From a virus: a DNA stretch of 64,000 bases. Below the pieces are notes generated by a model. That model had not been told where the DNA came from. It was given only the letters and a program-made list of their open reading frames with translations, and searched no databases. The position numbers and the translations under genes are program-made. How positions within the stretch are numbered: the stretch's first letter is position 1; every line of letters starts with the position of its first letter. Shown piece after piece: positions 55,958 to 64,000 of this stretch. Location of the stretch: IMG/VR virus record IMGVR_UViG_3300005077_000010, positions 1 to 64,000 of that record. One strand, written 5' to 3'.

Positions 55958-58900
55958 ATGACTAAAATTTATACCTATATTATTTTATTACTACTATTGC
56001 TAATTGGAAATCCGTTAGTATACGCACAAAGCCAAGGGAATATATTAACTATTCCAGCAGCTAACAGATTATATTTAAGATTAGATGGGAGTAATGAAAC
56101 GACGGGAGAAATTTATTTTGGAGGTGATCTTCATAGTGCCACAAAAAATGGATGCTTTATTCCATCAGTAGCCACATTAAATGGTACTCCTTACACATAT
56201 AATGGACATGATTATAATGGTCATCCTCTAAAAGGCACATTAAATTGCTCTGATCCAAATTGTGACAAAGTAATTTATGCCTCTAGCCCAGATATGGAAG
56301 ATACAGCCGTTATTTGCTGCGACAGTACTTCTTCAAATGTTATGGTACTATTTGATAACGGAGGGAGTTATACTACACCTTATGATTTAGATGTATGTTT
56401 ATTTACAGCAAGTACTATTGATAATGGAGGATTATATTTTGGTTCTTATCCTCGTTTCGCTACTATTATTAAAGCAGGAGAATGTGCAACTGCTTTAACC
56501 GCATGGAATATTTTAGGAGCAAATGCTGTTTTAGATACAACTTTAAGTGATGTTTATACTTGGGATACTGATACGTGTTCATATACTTATAATTCTCCTT
56601 CAGGTGCTACAGAATGGACTAGTAATTGTGGTTCAGATTGTGCCAGTTCATCTTTCCCAGAAACACCAACATTTACTGAAAATTCTACTCCTATTTATAA
56701 CTGGGAAATAGACGATTCTGAAGGAGATTATAAAGCCATTGGGGATATTGATATTGATGGAAATTTATCTCTTGATGGCAATTTAACTGTCGGGGGAACA
56801 AGTACATTTAATGGTGATGTGTATACTGATAGATGGTTAGGTTTAACTTCTAATTTATTTTTAGGACCGGGAGTTATAGGTGCAGAGAATATTACTACAG
56901 GAGCACAAAAAACTGTTGCTCTTGGTTCTGATGCTTTATACAATTTAGTAAATGGTGAAGGTAATGTAGGAATAGGTCAAAAATCATTATATTCTTGTAC
57001 TGCTGGAGTGGGCAATTTAGCAATAGGACAAGAAAGTTTATATGACACTACAACTGGGTCATTAAATGTTGGATTAGGATGGATGGCAGGACACGCAAAT
57101 ACAACTGGAGGATTACAGGTTTATATTGGTGCAGGGGCAGGGCGATTTTGTAATACTGGTTCGTTAGGAAATACTGGATTAGGTGCCGTTTCTTTACAAT
57201 ACGCTCAAGGCAATTATAATACAGCAATAGGCATTTGGGCAGGATCAAATATAACAGGTGAAGGACATAATAACATATTTATAGGGAAAGAAGCTGGAGC
57301 ATACTTAGCAGATACTTCCGTAGCAACAGACTTAAGTAATTGTACTTTTATTGGTACGTCAACAAAAGCTTATACTGATTTTATTAGCAATTCAACAATT
57401 ATAGGTTATGATACTACAGGACACGGGTCAAATACAGTTACAATAGGAAATGATGATATAACAGATACATATTTACGAGGAATACTACATTTAAATGGTG
57501 CTTATGCGTTTCCAATTATTGATGGGACAGACGGACAAACTCTCACAACTAATGGAGCAGGAGAAGTTTCTTGGGCTTCATCTTCTACAGCTTTAGATAC
57601 GGTCTACGCTCGCCTTGACGGCACAAACACACCTACAACCGGCACGTGGGATTTCGGTGGTGACATCCTGACAGACAGATGGGACACAAACAAACGGAAC
57701 GTCTTTATTGGAAAGGAAGTTGCTGGGGGAACAGGAACTAAGACAGGGGTTTATGAAAATGTGCTAATTGGATATCAAGCCGGGTACAACATGACCCACA
57801 ATTCTGGCTTTGAGGCTAAAAACCTTGTGGGGATAGGGTACAGAAGTCTTTACAGCAATACAACGGGGAGAGACAACACAGGGATAGGGTACGAGGCTGG
57901 AGGAAGAAACACTACAGGGTCGTATAACTTTTATTTGGGGGCTGAATCGGGAAGTTCAGGGCTACAAACTTGCAGCTGGAACACGGCCATAGGTACCAAA
58001 GCAATGCTTACAATCGGCGGGGATGGTGGAACCGCTATTGGATATCTGGCAATGGGACAAGCTTACAATGGCGGATACAATACTGGGATTGGGTACAGGG
58101 CTGGGGCCGATTATTGGTGGGACGATAGATGGGGACCGGGAGATCATGATATCGGAGCGGCGACAGAAGTCAGCAACATTACTATGATTGGGGCGGGTGC
58201 TGCTCCGCAATACTACACGGATACCAATGAGACGGCCATTGGGTACCACGCACACGGTAGAGGATCGAACACGGTTTCCCTTGGGAACAGCGATGTTACA
58301 GATACCTATGTGCGCGGATACCTCCATGTAAACGATGCCTACAAACTCCCAAACGCAGACGGAACCGTTGGACAGATCCTAGCTACCGATGGGGCGAGTA
58401 CTGTTTCTTGGGCCTCCTCTTCTTCTGCACTCGATACGGTCTATGCCAGACTCGACGGTACTAATGGCCCGACACAAGGAGAATGGACATTCGAAGATTA
58501 TGCAAAATTTGATGATGAACTTGATCCAGTAGGAATAGGGGACGATGGACAAGGTTTTTCTATTCTTGATGGATCTGGAAATGAAATGGCATCGGTTTCC
58601 TATTATCCCAGTGTAACTATTATGGGAGGTATTCCTGCTACCGGATTCATAGCTAATACCAAGGAAGGTGGAATATCGGTTGTTCAACTTCGGGATAGTG
58701 ACGGAGAAAATCCAGTTCAGATACTTGTAAACGAGGCGAATAGTTCATCATCGTTGCAGTTCTTTAATACAGTCGAAAGCCCACTGTCGTATCTCCAGTT
58801 TGGAAATGCTGGGGCCGATAAAATGATCAGGCAATATCTTGACGATACAAACGGATGGTATTGCATTTATGGGTACGACGATAATGATGCGGGTATTCCA

Positions 58901-61540
58901 GGCATTGTTTTTGGGGCTGAAGATGGAGAAAACATTTCCGATCACGGTCTAAGTGAAAATGATGTTGTAGTTAATAGGGATCTTGAAATTAATGGTAGTA
59001 GTTATTTTGATAATAATGTGTACGGGCCAGAGTCCGCGTGTACCACGCCTACCACACTGACCATCGACGGTGCGCCTGGAGCGTATGGCGGCAACGACTA
59101 TGATTATGACACAATGGGAGTCGGGTGCATTGACGGGGGCGTTGCGGTAGTAGACGACGGCATAACATCAGCGGTGGGATTTTGTAAGGGTGACCCAGAG
59201 AAAGAAATTAAAGATATTACCGGGCTGACACTTGGCACTGACAATATCAGGGCGTGCCTCTTTGATCTTACATCGGTTTTTGGTCCTGATGGATATGCTA
59301 CATTTCTTATGCCGTCATCTGACTCTTGTGCAAATTTGCTTGACAGCGCTCTTGGCCCAGGCCACGGGCTGACGGCTGATGTGGACGACCCGGAGTTTTT
59401 GTCGTGGAACCCGGATACTTGTGAATATGATGATCGTAACAGATCCGAAACCTACACCATTGTTAGTACATGGGATGACCCGATAGAAACAACGGACGAT
59501 TCCGCTATGGAATACTTCTGGGCGGTCAATAGTAATGGGGAAGCGGAATTTGCTAGTATTACTACGAATGCGGTTGTCGTTGGTACAACTGGCAGTGATT
59601 ATGCAATGCCAGCAACTCGTGGGTTGGACTATCAAACGTTAACGACAAATGGCGACGATACAACGGCTTGGGAATATCCAGCCTACAATCCAACAATGTT
59701 CTACGTAGGTGTGAACCCGGGTTTTGTAACTGATGATGTGGGGATCGGAGCGTATAACACAACGCAGGATAACAACACAACACCGTTTTTTTCTGGCCGG
59801 TTTGACGCTACTGCAACACACACGGTTTCGGCTAGAACAATCCCGATGAGTGGTATATTCGGATCAGCAAAATACGAAGGAGATCAGGAGCTACAAAGCA
59901 GTATATTAGGACTAAATTTTTATACGGAATATGCGGGATCGTATGATTCTGTTAATGGGTCCGCGTCTGGCATTATTGTAAATATGGTGCAGAGTGGAAG
60001 TGGAGACATCGGACTTATAACGGGCGTGACCCCAGTTATGTCTCATACAGGTACCGGAAATGTCGCAACGGTGCGATATTTTTCTTTTGACGAAACGTCA
60101 TCCCCGCAAGGCGCGTTAGCATACCAGACCGGCCTATATGTAAATACGCTAGAAAACGCTGATGTAAACATCGGCATTGAGATATCTGCATCTGCAATAA
60201 CCGATAACAATGATTGGGGAATTACTAGCGAGATGCCGATGTTGGCAAAAGACGGTATTGCATGGTGGTTTGGGACAGAGCGCGATGTGGCACTTTCGGC
60301 CAGCATAGCAGATCAATTAGATTTTACGCCAAGCACTACAGACGGGGATGTAGCAATTAATGTTATAGGCACAGGTGGTTTAACTATTGGTGATAATCTG
60401 TCATTAGGAGCATCTACGCATCTAGTATTACCGAATGACAATGATTCAGTAACTCCCACATTAGCATTCGGAGACGGGGATACAGGAATATACGAATCAT
60501 TGGATGATGTATTAATATTTGTTGTTGAAGAACTTCCGGTGTTATCTTTAACATCCTCTGGAACATTAATAAGCGGAAGAACAGTGACTTCGACATTGGC
60601 GGGAGATGTAGCTTTAAATATGATAGGAATATATGAAAACAGTACAACGTCAGTAAGTGATGCATATATAGGTGCCTTTCCAAGTTTATTTGGTGACATT
60701 TTATACTTTATAGGTGGGCCAAATGTTGCGACGAGCCTTAATGGCGGGTACCAATTTTCAATAGAAGATGGGACAGGCAACGCAAAGTTTTCCATACATA
60801 AAGACGGTTATGTAGGAATAAATAATGGAGGTCCAACTGTAGGATTACATATAGGAACAAATACCACAACCCACTCACTATCGGGAACAACAGCGATATT
60901 AATAACAGGTGATACTGAAATTGACGGTACTACATATTTAGATAATTTAGTGTATATAGCAAACGAGACAAAAATAGGTGATGGCGGAACAACGAATTAT
61001 ACTAAATTAGCTACAGACGGGGAAATAACATTATTTGGTACTGCTAGAGTATATAAAAATGAATGGATAACAGTTGGAGCATTAAAGGCACCTGGGGTTA
61101 AACCGGCAGCTTATACTGATTATGGTATTTCTGGGGCATACGCTTTTGATGACTCTGATGCCGAAGTGGTAGTTGCTAATATTAGGTTACCACAAGACAT
61201 GGATAAAACAGTTGTTCCTGATATTAATATTGGGTGGGGAGCAAACGCCACAAGCGGAAACGTAGTATGGCAAGTTGAATATTTATATAGAGCAGATAAT
61301 GAAGCATTAGATTCAGGAACGCCGGATGACACGTTAACTGTTACATCTGGTGTTTCAGGAACCTCAGATGGGTTAGTAGTTTCTTCTGTAACACTAGCAG
61401 CACCGGGAAGTTCTGACAAATTATTACTATTACGCATTAAAAGACTAGGTACAGATGGAAGTGATGATTTATCAGGGGATGCTTATTTAGTAGGATGCGG
61501 GTTAAAATATACGGCAGATAAATTAGGTCAGGCGTATTAA
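55958..61540 (+). CDS. 1860-aa mosaic fibre/adhesin-like protein with N-terminal signal peptide
   Basis: NxAIGxxA repeats, P..DGT.GQ.L.T.G...SW linkers, duplicated module; MTK-hydrophobic-VYA. Confidence 0.75.
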   Translation: MTKIYTYIILLLLLLIGNPLVYAQSQGNILTIPAANRLYLRLDGSNETTGEIYFGGDLHSATKNGCFIPSVATLNGTPYTYNGHDYNGHPLKGTLNCSDPNCDKVIYASSPDMEDTAVICCDSTSSNVMVLFDNGGSYTTPYDLDVCLFTASTIDNGGLYFGSYPRFATIIKAGECATALTAWNILGANAVLDTTLSDVYTWDTDTCSYTYNSPSGATEWTSNCGSDCASSSFPETPTFTENSTPIYNWEIDDSEGDYKAIGDIDIDGNLSLDGNLTVGGTSTFNGDVYTDRWLGLTSNLFLGPGVIGAENITTGAQKTVALGSDALYNLVNGEGNVGIGQKSLYSCTAGVGNLAIGQESLYDTTTGSLNVGLGWMAGHANTTGGLQVYIGAGAGRFCNTGSLGNTGLGAVSLQYAQGNYNTAIGIWAGSNITGEGHNNIFIGKEAGAYLADTSVATDLSNCTFIGTSTKAYTDFISNSTIIGYDTTGHGSNTVTIGNDDITDTYLRGILHLNGAYAFPIIDGTDGQTLTTNGAGEVSWASSSTALDTVYARLDGTNTPTTGTWDFGGDILTDRWDTNKRNVFIGKEVAGGTGTKTGVYENVLIGYQAGYNMTHNSGFEAKNLVGIGYRSLYSNTTGRDNTGIGYEAGGRNTTGSYNFYLGAESGSSGLQTCSWNTAIGTKAMLTIGGDGGTAIGYLAMGQAYNGGYNTGIGYRAGADYWWDDRWGPGDHDIGAATEVSNITMIGAGAAPQYYTDTNETAIGYHAHGRGSNTVSLGNSDVTDTYVRGYLHVNDAYKLPNADGTVGQILATDGASTVSWASSSSALDTVYARLDGTNGPTQGEWTFEDYAKFDDELDPVGIGDDGQGFSILDGSGNEMASVSYYPSVTIMGGIPATGFIANTKEGGISVVQLRDSDGENPVQILVNEANSSSSLQFFNTVESPLSYLQFGNAGADKMIRQYLDDTNGWYCIYGYDDNDAGIPGIVFGAEDGENISDHGLSENDVVVNRDLEINGSSYFDNNVYGPESACTTPTTLTIDGAPGAYGGNDYDYDTMGVGCIDGGVAVVDDGITSAVGFCKGDPEKEIKDITGLTLGTDNIRACLFDLTSVFGPDGYATFLMPSSDSCANLLDSALGPGHGLTADVDDPEFLSWNPDTCEYDDRNRSETYTIVSTWDDPIETTDDSAMEYFWAVNSNGEAEFASITTNAVVVGTTGSDYAMPATRGLDYQTLTTNGDDTTAWEYPAYNPTMFYVGVNPGFVTDDVGIGAYNTTQDNNTTPFFSGRFDATATHTVSARTIPMSGIFGSAKYEGDQELQSSILGLNFYTEYAGSYDSVNGSASGIIVNMVQSGSGDIGLITGVTPVMSHTGTGNVATVRYFSFDETSSPQGALAYQTGLYVNTLENADVNIGIEISASAITDNNDWGITSEMPMLAKDGIAWWFGTERDVALSASIADQLDFTPSTTDGDVAINVIGTGGLTIGDNLSLGASTHLVLPNDNDSVTPTLAFGDGDTGIYESLDDVLIFVVEELPVLSLTSSGTLISGRTVTSTLAGDVALNMIGIYENSTTSVSDAYIGAFPSLFGDILYFIGGPNVATSLNGGYQFSIEDGTGNAKFSIHKDGYVGINNGGPTVGLHIGTNTTTHSLSGTTAILITGDTEIDGTTYLDNLVYIANETKIGDGGTTNYTKLATDGEITLFGTARVYKNEWITVGALKAPGVKPAAYTDYGISGAYAFDDSDAEVVVANIRLPQDMDKTVVPDINIGWGANATSGNVVWQVEYLYRADNEALDSGTPDDTLTVTSGVSGTSDGLVVSSVTLAAPGSSDKLLLLRIKRLGTDGSDDLSGDAYLVGCGLKYTADKLGQAY

Positions 61541-61549
61541 GGAGTAAAC

Positions 61550-62044
61550 ATGGGTGAAACTATTTATATAGGAGACACAATATATAGACAATTTACTATA
61601 TTTAATACAGATGGTGTTACTCCTTTATCTGGTGAAAGTTACTCTGACTTCTCTATTTATTACGTAATTAATAGTTCAGCTAAATCTTTTACACTAAGCG
61701 GAAGTAATTTAATTGAAATAGGATCTAGCGGCACATACAGTTTAGTAATTACTCCAACGGAAACAGGAAATCATTATATTCGAATTAAAGGTACAAATGA
61801 CGTTTATGCCGCATGGAAAGAATTTTATTTTACAGTTAGTAATGTTACATCAGGTATTAATATTATTGAAAAAATACTTACAAATAAAATGGTAATAAAA
61901 GCTCAAGGTGGACATTATTATCAAATTGTATATGATGATGATGGAACAACGGAATTAATAAAATGGCGATTGTATACTTTAGCTGATGGTAATCCTACAA
62001 TTGCCACAACTGCCCCTGCGTCTAGAGGAACGCCGATAACTTAA
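61550..62044 (+). CDS. virion-module hypothetical protein
   Basis: VYDDDGTT.L motif; AAGGAG RBS. Confidence 0.7.
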   Translation: MGETIYIGDTIYRQFTIFNTDGVTPLSGESYSDFSIYYVINSSAKSFTLSGSNLIEIGSSGTYSLVITPTETGNHYIRIKGTNDVYAAWKEFYFTVSNVTSGINIIEKILTNKMVIKAQGGHYYQIVYDDDGTTELIKWRLYTLADGNPTIATTAPASRGTPIT

Positions 62045-62045
62045 A

Positions 62046-62510
62046 ATGATTATTACCCAAGGTTATATTAGCGGAAATATGTGTACTCATGGTTATGGGG
62101 CCATGTATACCGAAGAACATATTAGTGAATGTAGATTTTTATCGTTTTATTTTGGAACACTGGATACAAATTATACATTAAAAACATTGGGAGTAAGTAC
62201 CTCATTATTAACTGATACTCAACTTTTAAACTGTGAAAGTACTTTATCAGCTATAAATATGGAGGTTACGCATTTTAAAAAACTAAATTGTACTTATGTA
62301 TTTTCAGTAATCAAAAAAAATAAAAAAGAAATTACACTAGATATCACGTTTAGTTCGTATAATACAACAGAAACTTTATCCACTTTAGACTCAACAACAG
62401 TACAAACACCCCCATTAATTAGTACAGGGGATATTAAGTATTTATCAGTAGTTATAACGTTTAAAAAATATCATATGACTGCGGCATTTAAATGTGACCC
62501 GCAATTATAA
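62046..62510 (+). CDS. hypothetical protein
   Basis: MIITQGY start; ORF. Confidence 0.65.
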   Translation: MIITQGYISGNMCTHGYGAMYTEEHISECRFLSFYFGTLDTNYTLKTLGVSTSLLTDTQLLNCESTLSAINMEVTHFKKLNCTYVFSVIKKNKKEITLDITFSSYNTTETLSTLDSTTVQTPPLISTGDIKYLSVVITFKKYHMTAAFKCDPQL

Positions 62511-62512
62511 GC

Positions 62513-62541
62513 TTGACAGACGTTTTAAATTTTACTATACT
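62513..62541 (+). promoter_or_regulatory. sigma70 promoter
   Basis: TTGACA-17-TATACT. Confidence 0.75.
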
Positions 62542-62572
62542 ATTTAAAACACATGTAATAGGAGAATAAGCA

Positions 62573-62854
62573 ATGAAAAATTTAATGATTACTATTTTAA
62601 TAATTATTTCTTTACTTTTTAGTGTAAGTGCTTTATGTCAAGATAATAAAACAGCATCTCAGGATACTTCACAATCTACAATAGATACAAAGTTAGAAAA
62701 AGTAAAGGCAGATTTAGATCAAGTTAATATAACGATTGAGAAACTACAACAGCAATTACTACAGGCAAATAAACAGCTATTATTATTACAAGGGTATTAT
62801 GCGGCACTTCAAGAAATTAATGCTGATAACGCCTCACAAAATCTTCCTAAATAA
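62573..62854 (+). CDS. secreted coiled-coil protein
   Basis: signal peptide, heptad repeats. Confidence 0.7.
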   Translation: MKNLMITILIIISLLFSVSALCQDNKTASQDTSQSTIDTKLEKVKADLDQVNITIEKLQQQLLQANKQLLLLQGYYAALQEINADNASQNLPK

Positions 62855-62870
62855 ATGAGGATCAAAATAA

Positions 62871-63179
62871 ATGGAAGAAGTCAACGAGAAATCTACAGTA
62901 ATCTTAACTTTAGCTTTTACAGATGAAGATGGTAACGCTTTTATTCCAGATAGTTTAACGTATATCTTATATGACAAAATAAGTGGTACAGAACGAGCAT
63001 CTGGGACATTAGTTCCTGCGGCATCTGTAGATTTAGAGTTAACACCGGCACACAATGCAATACTCGATCAAAATAATAGATATGAAATTGCAGAAGTACA
63101 AGTAACATATGTTTCCGGTACAAAAACTGGAAGAAGTACATATGCGTATAAAATAATTAATTTACCTAAAACTACATAG
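62871..63179 (+). CDS. virion-module hypothetical protein
   Basis: VNE.ST......F.D..G pattern. Confidence 0.7.
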   Translation: MEEVNEKSTVILTLAFTDEDGNAFIPDSLTYILYDKISGTERASGTLVPAASVDLELTPAHNAILDQNNRYEIAEVQVTYVSGTKTGRSTYAYKIINLPKTT

Positions 63180-63190
63180 GAGAATATACA

Positions 63191-63583
63191 GTGAGTATAG
63201 GTAATAAACGACAAAAAAGATATGTTTATGACACAGGAACAGGAAGATATGAGGCTGTTCTTACAGGTGAAGGAGTAGGATCTGTTGGGCATAACACGAC
63301 ATTAGCATTAGCCAGCGGTGTGTGGAATAGCTGGACAATACCACTTGGAGCTAGAAATTTTACAATTCAGGCAAGAGGTGGTGCAGTAGTGCGAATGACA
63401 TTTGATGTGTCTCATACTAATTATTTAACAATTAAAGCTAATGCGGTATTTAATATGACTGAATTTTTTGGTCAAGGTGGTGCCGGATCAAATGGAGTGC
63501 GAATTTATTTTTATTGTGCTTCAAACGAGGTTTTAGAAATTTTGTATTTTACTGATGGGGCTGGTGGTGAATGCCAAAGCTAA
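63191..63583 (+). CDS. hypothetical protein
   Basis: AGGAG RBS, GTG start. Confidence 0.7.
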   Translation: MSIGNKRQKRYVYDTGTGRYEAVLTGEGVGSVGHNTTLALASGVWNSWTIPLGARNFTIQARGGAVVRMTFDVSHTNYLTIKANAVFNMTEFFGQGGAGSNGVRIYFYCASNEVLEILYFTDGAGGECQS

Positions 63584-63596
63584 TATTGAGGTATAA

Positions 63597-64000
63597 ATGG
63601 CATCTAGGATATTATTTATAGATGGGTGTAGTCAATATAGTACTAATCTAAGTTTATCTAATGACCATATTAAACTATATTATGACACAGTTACCTCTAA
63701 TGTTGTTTGTGAAAATACATATCCTAGGCATACTGGTATTGGATACATAGTTGCGCCGGGTGCAGTTACAAATGAGTATTTTGAATTAAACCAATCAACA
63801 AGTGTATATACTTCAGCCGTACTTAGCTTTGCATTTATGGTAAAACCGTTATCTTCAACAGCAACAATATCCAACTCATTTTACCACACGTTTTTAGTTA
63901 TTTTAGGTACTCCTGGCGGTCCTGGTGCAGGGACCACAGGAGTATGTGTTATTTTGCGTAATGAATATGGGCGATTATGTGCCAAACATAGTTCTATTAG
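63597..64000 (+). CDS. partial CDS running off the window (MASRIIFIDG...)
   Basis: GAGG RBS; open to the window end. Confidence 0.7.
   Translation, partial: MASRILFIDGCSQYSTNLSLSNDHIKLYYDTVTSNVVCENTYPRHTGIGYIVAPGAVTNEYFELNQSTSVYTSAVLSFAFMVKPLSSTATISNSFYHTFLVILGTPGGPGAGTTGVCVILRNEYGRLCAKHSSI

Noticed and set aside
57400-58470. Duplicated fibre segment as a DGR template/variable repeat pair
   Set aside because: Differences are not adenine-specific, both copies are in frame mid-gene, and no reverse transcriptase is present in the window
39110-64000. Stop-codon reassignment
   Set aside because: Long genes are intact in the standard code and coding density is high; the capsid break is explained by the intron

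Overview
This window is a large part of a tailed dsDNA phage genome, read in the standard genetic code. (1) 1-2.85 kb is GC-rich and holds repeated promoter/hairpin/small-gene cassettes, probably an early or terminal region. (2) About 3.2-39 kb is an AT-rich minus-strand accessory arm. It carries secreted glycoside hydrolase-like proteins, a deaminase, a probable gasdermin-like pore-forming protein beside tRNA-Ile(UAU), a C39-like protease and a Cas4-like nuclease. It also carries an RNA-repair island: Thg1, YqeY, tRNA-Lys, an RlaP-type nucleotidyltransferase, Ro60/TROVE and four related Y RNA-like ncRNAs, two of which display tRNA anticodon stem-loops. An intein-containing UDP-sulfoquinovose synthase and a ~10-gene glycosylation/sulfation cluster follow. 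(3) 39.1-64 kb is the plus-strand virion module: small terminase, intein-containing large terminase, portal, scaffold, a major capsid gene split by a group I intron with a LAGLIDADG endonuclease, a glycosyltransferase, an amidase, a stand-alone triple-PAS protein and two very large fibre-like proteins with signal peptides. The best candidates for new biology are the phage gasdermin-like gene lacking an inhibitory tail and the Ro60 / anticodon-loop Y RNA system. All family calls come from motif recognition by eye, not from database searches.
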